A stretch of 64,000 nucleotides of DNA from Penicillus capitatus (lineage: Eukaryota > Plantae > Chlorophyta): the NCBI GenBank assembly GCA_965649825.1, contig OZ287695.1, positions 310,001 to 374,000 of the forward strand. The letters run 5' to 3'. This document shows positions 14,075 through 26,064 of the stretch, in pieces. Position 1 is the stretch's first letter; every line of letters starts with the position of its first letter. Both the position numbers and the translations under genes were made by a program. The notes beneath the pieces were generated by a model, which did no database searches, had not been told where the DNA came from, and saw only the letters and a list, made by a program, of their open reading frames with translations.

Positions 14075-14935
14075 ATGGCGGCCAAAACCAAGTGTCTTGT
14101 TACAGGTCACTCTCTATCACTCATCGACATTGCCACCTGCCGACGGTCGACAGGTGGATGTGGCTTCGTGGGGAGACGTTTGGTGAAAGAGATGGTCGAT
14201 AGTGGACGCTATGATGTGACTGTCTTCGATCTCAATCCTCCACAACAGAGTGATCCATTACCAGATGATGTGACGTTTGTGCGGGGCGATCTGACACGGC
14301 CAGAGCAAGCAGCCAATGGCATCAAAGGTGCTGGATGCCTCGACTCTGCCGCTCCTTATCACGAATGCGCCCTGTCAGGCGTCAAGATCGTGTTTCACGT
14401 GGCCACGGCGGCACCGACGTCTGAGAATGCATTGAGTGAGGATCTGATGCGACGTGTGAACATTGATGGGACGCAGTACGTCATCGATGCCTGCGTGCAG
14501 CAGCAGATGGAGAAACTGATCTACACTTCCACCGTATCGGTCGCCTTCGACGGAACAGATGTCCTCGACAAGAGCGAGGAAGAGTTGGGCTATGCCTCTC
14601 CCCCCATCGATCACGACACGTCCACCAAAGTACCACCGCCACTCATCTGCAGATCAAATAGATCAATTGAGGATGGAGTGTGAGATGCAGGCAATTGGAG
14701 AGCAGATGGTGTTGGCTGCCAATGGTCGTGGAGGTCATCTAGCCACCTGCGCTCTGAGACCGAGCGCGATCTTCGGCGAGGGAGGTGCTTTGCTGCTACC
14801 AACGTTGGTCAAACGTGCCAAGCAGGGGAAAATGAAAGGGAGGGCTTGGACCACGTCGATGATGGTCTCACAGTGGACAGCTGTCATGCTGTACATGATT
14901 GGAAGCGGCGAGAACATCCAATGCAGCTCAGGCAC
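14075..14935 (+). pseudogene. 3-beta-HSD / sterol-4-alpha-carboxylate 3-dehydrogenase (NSDHL/ERG26-like), apparently degenerate and truncated
   Basis: CLVT|GGCGFVG NAD motif, VFHVA, LIYTS, CALRPSAIFG. The YxxxK motif reads DTSTK, and recognisable homology stops shortly after YMIGSGEN. Confidence 0.6.
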
Positions 14936-15552
14936 ATTGAACAACGATCTCTCAAGCTTAGACAGTCCTGCAGTATTGCAAGCCTCGTTATGGACATCCA
15001 AAGCCATATGATGATATAGCCCTGTAATGCCCTTTGCTTCCAAAGCATCTAAACCGCGGCAGAGTCGCGCATTCATACCGCGTGCGTTTAAGACAGTCAA
15101 CTTAACAAGGAATAATTCGCTAGTTGTCGACGCGTGTAGGCCCGACCACATTCGATTGTTGTAAATGTTAGTAACGAATTCCTGAACTTAGACATCTTGT
15201 CAAACTGTCATGCACATGTGAAAGATCGGCAGTCCATACGGTTTAGACCATCAGACCCCAGAATATATCCCGTCCAGAAATGAAGAATATACGCGGAGAT
15301 CAAACTTTAACACTAGGATTGATTCAGAAAAAGATTCTCTCTTGTCTTCCGCAACACGTTAGTGTTACGAACGACGGCTCTCTCAGACACTCAGACAAAA
15401 ATGAAATCGACGAGGGTCGATCCATATCAATAGACGTGTGTTGAGGGACACATACACGCCTCAACGGCGCAGCATCCCTCGAAAATAGATCCGGACATTG
15501 GATAAGCAGGGAAAGCGTTATGGATGAATCTCTTGAGGTACGGGAGGTGGGG

Positions 15553-18083
15553 TCAGGTGGTCACAGGATGGGAGGGAAGATCTTCGGTTGGGTAGTTGTC
15601 GAGCTCGGAAGGCGAATGGAAGTCTACCACGGAAGATCCAACGCTCTCCCGGTCCTCCTCCCACGGAACCAATTCTTGACTTAACGGTACACCTTCTTCA
15701 TCTTCGTCCTCGTCTTCTTCTTCTTCCGATTCGATGTTCTGGAGCGGGACGCTCTTCAACTCTTGCTTCGTTTCTTCGTTTTCGTTTTTCTCTTCTGTAA
15801 AGCGGGCAAGCGTTTTGACGGCGCTGTTCCATCCGTTCATCATAAACATGTACACGCCAAACATAACGGGCGTGATAAAGAGTAGATGTCCGCCTGACAA
15901 GACCAGCAACACCTACGGTTCCATCACAGAGGGTCATGATTGGGTGTCCTTTGCTGAGGTAAGGTACCTGTTGAAGAACACTGCCTCCCGATTTTCCAAG
16001 ATGTGCACCGACGACGTCGACCGCCGCTTTTCCTTTGGTGCGCTGCGATTCGTCCATCTTAATATAGACGATTTCTTCAGAAGGTTTGAAGAGCGAGAAT
16101 TTTGTTCCCCTGGAGAGAACAAAGAGAAAAGCGCCGCCCATAACGGTAATGGGCAAGAGTTGTTGAGCGAGATGGGTCATCCCAAGCCTGCCAAAAATGT
16201 GGAAGGCCGAGCACATGGCAAAGAATGCACACCCACCGATGGTCATCAGAGTGGGTGTTAAACTGGCGACGCCTTTCCATCCGATTTTGTTGAAAAGAAT
16301 GGGTGAGAGGAACATCATAGCTCCTGTCAACAGGCCCACTGCCGTGGCAACATCTCCCATGAAGGCGGAGAAAGCAGCCGGTGTCGGACATGCGAGTTTC
16401 AGGTGGCTCTTCCATACAAACTCCATCAACGTCACAGACAACGCCTGTGCGATGGTCATGATGCCGAGACTCTTCACGATGGGACTCTTGCGGAGGGTAT
16501 TGAGAGAATCGGCAAACGTGAGCTTCTTTTTCTCCGCCTTCTTTGCAGCTTTCTCCGGCAGTTTAGGCGTGCTTGATGTGACGCGCCTGCTCTTTACTGG
16601 CGCTGTCGCTTTTACAGTAATCAAAGGCAGATTTCCCAGATTCGGTGCCTTGACGTTTCTGAACTCGGCTCGAAGGATTTTGCCCTTTCCTGTAAAGGGA
16701 TCGTGGGAGGACACGGGTTTGTTATGAATCGGTCTGGGCATTCGAAGGCCTCTGCATACACCAATGACCTTTGATTGACGATGAAACGCTCGAATCTCGT
16801 GTGATCTCAATTCTTTCCGCCGACGTTTTCCTCCAGCTCTCTTAATACGTGGTGTCTGCACAGTGTGTTCGTTCGTGTGTTTCTGCTTCGGTGTTGTCTT
16901 CGATGATGTTGACTCTGTTTTCTTTTTCATTCGTTCCGCACGGTTTGCGATAAAATGGTGGATTCCCATAGCCACCAACATACACCCGACCATCTGGAAA
17001 AGCAGCAACTGAAAACGCATGCCGAAGCCTGCTGCATTTCCGACGGAGTAGAGCTTCAAGACAACGCCGCCCAGTGTTTGGGCAATGTTGGCGCCGATGC
17101 CCATGAGAGGGTAGAGAATTGGAGCCTGCTTGGAAGACGTGATGTCATTGGCGAAGCCCCAAAACAACAGACTGAGACCCATATCTCCCCACATCTCAGC
17201 CAGGCAATAGAAAAAAGAGAACGTCCAATTGCGCACCATACCGACGGCACCGTTCAATCCACTCGGTAAAAACTGAACACCAGTACACGCGTCAGTCCAT
17301 TGCCGATAGCATGCGTGCGGTGCGTACCTTGGCCAATTTCTCGGCAACGCCAGGCAAATGGAGTGCTTCGTGATTGGGAAAGAGGCAGAGAGCAAAGACT
17401 AAATTCAATGCGGCAAATATGCCGACGGTTATGGTGAAGAGCTTTTTGTGTGAGATAAAGTGCGAAGCATACGCATATAAAAACGTAGCTCCGATTGTGA
17501 GAGGAAAGGCGGCGTAGACCGTAAGAAACGGCATCACTCCGGCTCCTCCTCCCGGTGCCGTAATCACCAGAGACATCGACAGATTGCTGACGATGGTATT
17601 CACAAATGCCATTACGAAGAAGAGGGACCCCATTGGCAAGAATGTCTTCCATTCTCCGGACTGAACTCCCAGCTTTTCAGCGAGCTGCATCAAGAAGTTC
17701 TTAGGCTTAGGGAGTGCCGATGTCAGGTTCTCTAATTTTTTCGTCATGCCTCCGGCTGGACTTGGTTGCGCAATGCAAGACGTGGGTGATGTGTGACGTT
17801 TGCGTCCCGGGAGACGCCCCGACCCCAATCCTGTTGACAGCCGCCGTCGACAAGAGCGCCGACTTACATGACCTAGTGGCGTACCTATTGGGTGAGCAGC
17901 CCCGTTGTGGAGAGAGCGGGACGGCCCAGGGACATGTCGTCTAAGAGGAATTCTTTGAGGGTGCACTGGGCGACGATGCCTAAACAAGTCAAACGTTTTC
18001 AGCAGAAACAAACGAGAGGGCGCGTCCAGTCGTTAACGCATACACGATGCGATCCGACAACGCGATGGCGGCGGGAGATGCAT
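15553..18083 (-). CDS. NTT: Plastid-type ATP/ADP translocase (TLC/NTT family)
   Basis: Motifs LFWGFANDIT, LYPLMGIGANIA, KFSLFKPSEEIVYI, KGKAAVDVVGAHLGKSGGS; low-complexity, transit-peptide-like N-terminus; several short introns. The start at 18083 is inferred from a phase-2 splice. Confidence 0.88.
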
Positions 18084-18925
18084 GAGGAATGTGCCGCACA
18101 GAATGGCGAGGCAGGGATCGTCACATGGTGGATGTTTCTTACCTGTATGTCTTGAGACGTAATTGCGAGCTTCCTAGGCCGCGTATGTTGTGCAGGCTGG
18201 TTGGCATAGCCATTGGAATGCGTGAAAGACGGGAACGTTGGTGGAAGTCGACAGTTTTGTTAAACGGAGAGGAGCGCCGCAGAAACGCAAAACAGAATAG
18301 CGTTGGCGCAGTTTGCTGAAGGAAAACGCACAAGGGAATTGTTCACAGAATATACCGAAACAGTTGGTCTTCGCGAACCCGAATCGCCAAGACCACGAAA
18401 CGTAGATGCGCAGAACCGTCGTTCTGGCAAATGGAATATCCGCTGCATTATCTGCCATGCCTCCAACACGTCGTTAAGGCACCGTCGACACATGACTGCT
18501 ATCACCTAACGAACTCCCGCAGCAGAGAGCCACGAAAGAGCGACGACCACCACGACCGACGCCATCTCCTCCTTCAGCAGCGGGCGGTCCCATCGGAAAT
18601 GAAAAAATCTATTCATGGAATGCCGATCGGTTTGGGGACTGTCCCACAGGGATGGGCCGGTGGTTCAGTTAGGGCTTTTCGTTTGGGAAGGGGTAGAGAA
18701 ATGGTAGGCGCTCTTTGAGAAGATGTTCGTTCGTTCAGGTATTGGTGGAAGGGAACGGACCGTTGAGAGATGTTGGCGAGCACCTTCGGTTCCAATTCCG
18801 CCGTCCTATTAGAGTATTTAGTCCGTTGGATTTCTATTCGTTATCTGCTTTCGTTGTCGTCCTTGTCGTGTTTCATACCTTTCCTTCATTCACGCCTAAC
18901 GAGCTGCGAACTATATTTGGATGAT

Positions 18926-20218
18926 ATGCTGCTTCGATTACTAAGCGCACGAACACATCCTGACAGCACAAATCGCAGGGGCTTGTTTGTGCTATTCAAA
19001 CGCGTTTGCGAGAATTTGGGAGACTTGTCGACAAAAATGGAAAAGAAATGCAAATCGCCGCCTTCGTGGGCGCACCGTTCGTCGCCTGCGGATTTTTTTA
19101 CCGAGAAAACCGCGGATATTTTTGCAGACTGCCCTCCAGAAGAAGATGCCGCCACAGCCGCCACACGTGTCGTCACGCGCCGCACTCAATCGAAGTCGAC
19201 ACGACTGTTGAAGAGAATGAAGAGTGCTGGGTCAGTGAAGCGATCAGGACGCCTCGATAGCTCTAGAAACTCGAGCCACAGTCCAATGCAGGGTGTTGGA
19301 CGCGAAGGTCCTTCGGAGCTCGAAGAGACGTCCTTCGTTGCGGCCAGAAGCGAATCGGTGCTGTCCACAGCGCCGGTTCTGTGCCCACCCGTCCCGGCCG
19401 AATGGGAAATGTCACATCACAGGAAATACGCACAGAAGAGCGATGACTTCTCGGAGAGCTCATTTGCCCCAACAAATTCCTACGCTGACAACAGCGGCCA
19501 AGAAATCACGTCCCCTGATGAACTCGACAGTACAAATGATGATGATTTGAACAAGATGCACCACAAGACTGTGCACCCTCGCTTATCAGCAGCAGCATCC
19601 GCTCGTGAACCGGATGGTCCTTCTGATACAAGCTTCGCAGCCCGTACCGATGCTCATGCAGGTTATTTTTATGAGTTATGCAAACTGCCGTCTCTAGAGA
19701 AGCTGTTTGATTATTCCACGGCCTCGCAGACATCGTTCACCGAAGATGCGATCTTCACAACGCAGCAGTCCTTCGGTGATCCGTCCGTAGACCAGCAGAC
19801 GTCCAATCAATATCAGATAGGCATCGCTCCACGGGGGAGCTCAACAACAAAGGATGGCCGCCGCAAGCGGTCGATCCTGATCAGTGGGGAGATTCACTTC
19901 TGCCCAGAGGAAGGCATTCTGACCAGAGAGCCAAACTGCAGCGTTCAAGCTCCTGCAAGAGATTCCCAAGACTACAAGAGCACACGACTGGAATTCAAAA
20001 ACGCGTCGAACGAGAAAACGACGCTCACGCAGCGGATGCTTCTCTGGGGAGAACGTGTCTTGCGCAAGAGGCCATCGAGAAAAACATTTCCGCGGAGGCA
20101 GCAGGCCACGGAGCCTAAGAGGCTTGTACAGTGGAAGTCGTTGGGCGGTTGCCTCAGGCGACCACACATCTCCAATGCCTCCACTCAGGCATCTCCGGCA
20201 TCTGTCCTGGCGACATGA
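18926..20218 (+). CDS. Hypothetical Ser/Thr-rich, probably disordered protein
   Basis: Uninterrupted ORF of >430 codons with no recognisable domain; start uncertain. Confidence 0.5.
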   Translation: MLLRLLSARTHPDSTNRRGLFVLFKRVCENLGDLSTKMEKKCKSPPSWAHRSSPADFFTEKTADIFADCPPEEDAATAATRVVTRRTQSKSTRLLKRMKSAGSVKRSGRLDSSRNSSHSPMQGVGREGPSELEETSFVAARSESVLSTAPVLCPPVPAEWEMSHHRKYAQKSDDFSESSFAPTNSYADNSGQEITSPDELDSTNDDDLNKMHHKTVHPRLSAAASAREPDGPSDTSFAARTDAHAGYFYELCKLPSLEKLFDYSTASQTSFTEDAIFTTQQSFGDPSVDQQTSNQYQIGIAPRGSSTTKDGRRKRSILISGEIHFCPEEGILTREPNCSVQAPARDSQDYKSTRLEFKNASNEKTTLTQRMLLWGERVLRKRPSRKTFPRRQQATEPKRLVQWKSLGGCLRRPHISNASTQASPASVLAT

Positions 20219-21132
20219 AGTCGCATCGATGAGCGACGCCGATGTTCGATTGCTTTTGAAAATGAATTACTGTCTTTTTCTATTGATCGATCGGTCCAAG
20301 TGCTTTCACTCCGCTGCATTTCCTGTCCTTTCACCTAGGCTCAAGTGCAGGCACTCCGTCAGCCATCAGTATGTTTGTTATATGGAATTCATTTCTATAC
20401 AGACGATTGTTTCCATTGCGGGCCTCTATGTCGCTATTAGAAGCATCCCTTAGCTCACAACACACAAACAGGGTAGTGTTTTGTTTTGACTGGACTTAGA
20501 TCTTTGCCAGATGAACAAGATCGATTCTCGGTACGAGATGACGGGTAGTAACCGTTTTTAGTTCATGAAATGCAAGACATGGTATATGCTTTTTGAGCTC
20601 CGTACTCTGCCGGAGATCAGCGGCGGTCGAGTCGGAAGCACGGCACTGTTGTCGATGATAACACCCACGATTGTTTCACTGTATTCTGAGTAGCGCTGGA
20701 GCAGGAAGTTATGTGCATTGGTTTCAACTCGACAGATGCGGCAGAGAGGGCCTCTATCTAGACGGCACGATTCGCCATGACGATGATGATCATTTTCGAA
20801 CATCGACGTGCGTTCGTTCGCTCTATGGGGAACGGGTGACCAAAGGTGAATCGTAGCTCTCTTTTTCTGAGAGATCGGGCAAAACTAGCTGTCGGCTATT
20901 GGTTTTTTCACTCCATTTGTTGATATCTCAAATGTTTTGCGACACCTCCTTACTTGCTAAACCTGTTCTTGTTCGTTTATGCAGTTGACAAGTCAATCTG
21001 TTCACTTATTTCCAGCTTCCTGGTTAAATCTTGGCGGCGCGTTGCATGCTGGCATGAACAACTGTCACATCAAGGCAGCCCAGCCGCCAGCGTACGGACA
21101 TACATGTGTATAACTTGATCGTTGACCTATCA

Positions 21133-22033
21133 ATGGTGAACCTTGCGATCATGTTGTCCTCGTCGACCTTTTCGAAAACATCCTTTCTCCTCGCGCCTCG
21201 CTGCCAACCGCAACGCTCTCTTCTGACAACATCGCATCCACAACTGCGTCTCCGTGACGTCACGCATTCGCGTTGGAATCATTCGCGACGTGTGGGTCCT
21301 TCGATGAGTGCCACGCCGCCAACGGACACAGCGATGACGCCGGCGAAAAACGACACGGGCAAGGCATCACGCGTCGTCGTTGTGGCTGTCGATGAAACGG
21401 AAGTAACGCACTCTATGTCGTCCTCCTTCCCACCACTGACCGTCTTCTGATTCAGGACTCTGTCAAGGCCCTCAAGTGGACACTAGACCAATTCTATCGG
21501 ACAGGTGGCGCTGGTGACCGATGACGCGTGACTAGAGTGAGATGTCGGTGCTGCAGGGGACGCTGTGCATCTGCTGCATGTGATTCCGTACGTACATCAG
21601 CAAGTCTTGACGTCGACGGTATACTACACGCCGCCGGTTTTGGATCCGGAAGTGACGGAGCAGTTGGTGAGGATGTGACATCTCACTCTTCTCAACGCAG
21701 TGTCTCACTCTTTAGTACCTCAATGCCGAAGAAGTGGTAAACGAAAAGTTCATACCCGTGATGAAAGAGTACGGTGTCGAGTACCAAGTAGATATGGTCA
21801 AGGAGAAAGGATCCGAGACCATCGGTGAGGCCACACTGCTCATCGTATATGGGTAGAAAGAGTGAGATGTGTGACCAGGCGATGCGGTGTGCCATTTTGC
21901 GGCGGATCTGAACGCGTGTGCCGTGGTCGTGGCCTCGCACAAGAAGCATTGGCTTCAGGCGTGGCTCATGGGATCCAGCAGTCAAGAAATTGCCGGCAAA
22001 GCGCCGATTCCCGTTATCGTCTACCATGGATGA
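21133..22033 (+). CDS. Universal stress protein (USP-A-like) with a transit-peptide-like N-terminus
   Basis: VVVVAVDETE|DSVKALKWTLDQ, GDAVHLLHV, AVVVASH...LMGSSSQEIAGKAPIPVIVYHG*; several short introns. Confidence 0.8.
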
Positions 22034-22179
22034 TCGAAAGGAGGATACACGTGGCGGCGCGTTTTATTGAGACGGACGATTGGACATCCACTCTCTCAAT
22101 TTTTGCATGAGCTGACTCAACATGCTGCATTCAGCATTTCTAAACTGATCCAACGAACGAATAAACATTATGCCGATCT

Positions 22180-22967
22180 TTAATGAGGAGAAGACAAGCA
22201 GATGGCTCTTTCATTCTCAAAAGTGTGCTGTCCCACGGAACGACGCAAGATGAGGCAGGAGATCTCTTCTGAGCGGAAATCGGCATCGAAGGCGTCCCAT
22301 TCCAGACGCGAAACGACGAAGTGGTGTTGGCAGCGATGGAGAAAGGCATCTTCGGCATGGGCATTGCGTCCGTGGCAGACCAAAGCAATGCCGTCGTCAT
22401 TCATGAACGCATCGAGGCTGGAGACGAGTGATGTGACGTTTGCGTTGTCGTACATGACGTCGCAGGCGACGACGAGATCGAACGGCGGCGCTGCGTTGGC
22501 GGTATTGCCCCACACGTGAGCAGCGACGCAGATTTCGACGGCGCCTGCGTTTGCCTGACAGTTACGTTGGAGCAGGGGTAGATTCTCCGGCAGATCTGTC
22601 GCCATCACACAGAGGGGACGTTGATGTGACAGCACGGCGGCAACGAGTCCACATCCCGCGCTCAGATCCAGACAACGGCAGCCGTCGATCCACCTCTCCC
22701 CATGTCGCTCCAAAAACTTACTCATCACAATTGAGCTGCCAGCAAACGTCACATCACGCAGGGTCTGTACGAGCAAGGACGGGAGAACCTGTCCCAGACA
22801 GTCGAGGCGAATCCCGTTGCGTGGAAGCGTTGCTGTTGCAGCACGATGGGACGTCCGTTGTCGAGCGTGTACGTGTAGGGCGCATCGAATTTTTCTCGAT
22901 CGCTTCGATACTCGCGTTTCCATTTCAGCGCCTGGAGAAAGGCCATTTCGTGCGTAATGAGTGCCAT
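22180..22967 (-). CDS. METTL21-like (family 16) protein lysine methyltransferase
   Basis: GFASTVWD|SSIVMSKF, CLDLSAGCGL, ATDLPENLPLL, HVWG, FDLVVACDVMY. Confidence 0.8.
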
Positions 22968-23352
22968 CGAGATTCCCGTCCGCGCGACGGTGGAGGTCGG
23001 CGACGGGGGTCTGGAGAAAACGGATCTCTTCGTTCCGCGTCATCTGCCGTTCAAGCGCCGCCACCCTTTCCGCGACGGCCGGCGTTACTGGAAGCGACTG
23101 AAACAGATTTCGACGAACGAAACCGACAGCGCCACAAAGGACGTGCCAAAGTACGCCACCATCGAAGCTGGGCCCTCCCTCTATCCCGCCAAAAAATACT
23201 GTGACCTCACTGGACTGCCCGCCAATTACGTCGACCCCAAGACCAAGCTCAGATACGCCAACGAAGAGCTCTTTGGCGTCGTGCGTTCTCTCCCCAACGA
23301 TGTCGTCCAGTCATGTCTCGCCATACGCAATGCCCACGTCGTCTTGCGCTGA
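22957..23352 (+). CDS. IES6: INO80 subunit Ies6 / INO80C (YL1 C-terminal domain)
   Basis: YATIEAGPSLYPAKKYCDLTGLPANYVDPKTKLRY is the characteristic YL1_C motif. Confidence 0.88.
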   Translation: MSAIEIPVRATVEVGDGGLEKTDLFVPRHLPFKRRHPFRDGRRYWKRLKQISTNETDSATKDVPKYATIEAGPSLYPAKKYCDLTGLPANYVDPKTKLRYANEELFGVVRSLPNDVVQSCLAIRNAHVVLR

Positions 23353-23425
23353 ACGGTCTGTTGTAACGATGGACGGACGACGGACGGCGTGACGATCCGT
23401 CGTGGAATCGTTCTTGGAATCGTCG

Positions 23426-26064
23426 ATGGGTTTAGTCTTCCGCTCGCCGCGCGTCGAGTCCGCAATCATGCCGCTGTCGCCAGCATCGAGCCGACAGTTC
23501 GTGGAACATGCGTTGCATGAGCGATTCCGCGAAACGTGCGATGGCGATCGAACGCTGTCCTATGCGCAGTTCGTCGATATCGCCGGCTGTCGTAGCGATC
23601 TTTTCGCGCGGCGGCTTTTCGAGGCGATCGATACCGATAAGAGCGGCGATATCAGTTTCGACGAACTCCTCGAGGCCGTTTACATTCTCCAGTCGCGTGA
23701 TACCGATCAACGCAAGCGTTTTATCTTTGATCTTTTTGATCTCGACGGCAATGGCGTCATCACGGAAAAGGAGCTTCGCGTCATTCTGGGTGCCAGTTTG
23801 GAAGAGGGCGATATGAACACGTCTAAAGAAGAACGCGACGGTCTGGTCTCCTCCCTCGTGCATTTCTTCGACATCGGTGCCGAGGACGCCCTCCACTACG
23901 AAGAATTCAGCCGGACACTGGATCTCTACCCCGACATGCTCGAAGGCTTCTCCCTCGAAGGCATCGCCATCTGTCGGTCAAAAGGCGAAGCGCCACGAAA
24001 GAGGACTCGGCGTCATAAACTCACCCTCTGGTTGCAGAACCATCCCCAATGGATCATCACCTACACACTGCTCACCCTCACGCTACTGGGATGCTTCTAC
24101 TGGCGATTTCAGCGCTATATGTGGACATGCGACGACGAGGACGGTGGATACGTGCTACGGACGGGGAGAGACGCTGAGGATGATCATCTGCGGTGCATGG
24201 ATGCACGAAAGCGCCGGCTTATGGGGTGGTCCTTGCCCATTGCCAAAGGGGCGGGGCAGGCGATGAAAGCGACCTTTACGCTGATTCTCCTGCCCGTCTC
24301 GCGTAATCTCATGACGACGCTGCGATCGACCGTCCTAAAGTACTTCTTCGATTTCGACGCCAATATCGATTTTCATAAAGTACTGGGGACGGTTGGATTT
24401 GCATTGGCGTGGACACACACCCTCTGCCACATTTGCGATCTCAAGCGATGGTCCGATCCAGATCGAAGGCATCTCTATTTCGACGCCTTTCCGCATCACG
24501 ACGCGCAGCCATCGATCGCCGATCTCCTCCGGGCGCAAGTCACGATCACGGGGATGATGTTGATCACGATCTACACCGTCGCGGCGATGTACGCACTGGA
24601 CTACCCGAGGAAGTTCGCCATCTTCCATCCCAAACGTCACGTCCATCCCTCCGGCGCGCTCGACGGACTGTGTCTCTCCATCGGCCGCTGCCTCAACGAC
24701 TTCAATCATTTTTGGTACACCCATCAGCTCTTTGCCCTTTTCTATATCTGCCTCGTCCTCCATCCCAAACCCGCCGTCCCCAACGAACGCGACGAATGGG
24801 CTGTCAGCGATGCGTGGGTCTGGGTCTTTATCCCTGCCTTGATCTATCTGCTGGAACGTCTGGCGCGCTTTGTCATGTCGGAAGCCCACGACACCAGCGT
24901 CCTCTCGGCTGACATCCACGCGGGCAACGTCGTCGAGCTCAAGATCATGAAGCCCAGAGGACTTGTCTATATCGCCGGACAATACGTCTTCCTCAACTGC
25001 CCACAACTCTCCAGGCATCGCCCCTCTCGCCAGATGGACCCTCTATTTGTCGTTCAGGTTCGAGTGGCATCCCTTCACCCTTACCTCCTCACCGGGCGAC
25101 TCCTATCTCAGTGTCCACATCCGCGCCGCCGGCGATTGGACACAGGAGTTGTATGACGCCGCCAAGAGGCATTGGAAATTGAGTGAGAGTGGCGAGGTGC
25201 CTTTGGAAAAGAGTAACAGCGCCTTTACGCGGCGGCGCACGACGTCTGTGATGATCACCTCCGTCAGCGGCCTCAATACCGAAGTCGTCACCGGGAGCTT
25301 CCCTTTCGATATCAAAATCGACGGACCCTTCGGCGCACCGACGCAAAACTATAAAGACTACAAAGTAGCGCCGCCGTTTTCTTGCGCCGCCACGATGCGA
25401 CGTTGCGTAGATCATCGTCTTGATCGGCGCCGGCATCGGCGTGACGCCCTTCGCTTCGGTACTGACCGATCTGCTAGATATCATGCAGCACCACAAGTGC
25501 CCAAAGTGCGGCGCCGTCAATTTGCCCAAGTCTTTCCGCGTTCAGAAGGTCTACTTCTACTGGACGGTGCGCTCCCGCAAAGAAGCGGCCTGGTTTAAGC
25601 ACGTCTTGGAGGCGATCAGTCTACAAGACGACAACGACTACATCGATATCAACATCCACATCACGAGCTTCCGACAGTACCGCCGCCGCCGCCATGTCGC
25701 GTCTGGCGTGAGGGGTCGAAGTGTAGGGCGAATGATCTGCGTGTCATGTTGCTCAGACTGGCACAGCAGCACGGAAAGGAGCACGGTTTCGATCCGTTGG
25801 CTGGCTTTCGCACGCGAGCCGTGACGAATTTTGGCCGGCCGAATTGGCAGGACGTCTTTCAGAAGATCAAAACGGCGCACCGCGATCAGACCCACCACTG
25901 CGGCGTCTTCTACTGTGGACCCAACAGCCTTGCAGCGGTAGCCTTGCCGCACTCGGCACCGATCCCTTGACGGACGCTCGTCGGTGCAGGTGTTAAGGGA
26001 AGAGACGCGGAAGCACAGTTCGAAAGAGATGGTCTTTGAGCTCAATACCGAGTCCTTTGGCTAA
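23426..26064 (+). CDS. RBOH: Ca2+-regulated NADPH oxidase (NOX5/RBOH type): EF-hands, ferric reductase TM, FAD- and NADPH-binding domains
   Basis: EF-hands [12 protein letters not shown] and [12 protein letters not shown]; FHK...HTLCH and FWYTHQLF heme histidines; [30 protein letters not shown]. Includes a 43-bp GC-AG intron at 25015-25057. Confidence 0.92.

Noticed and set aside
23426-26064. NADPH oxidase as part of the immune cluster
   Set aside because: It is embedded among unrelated housekeeping genes >13 kb from any NLR; proximity alone is not evidence.
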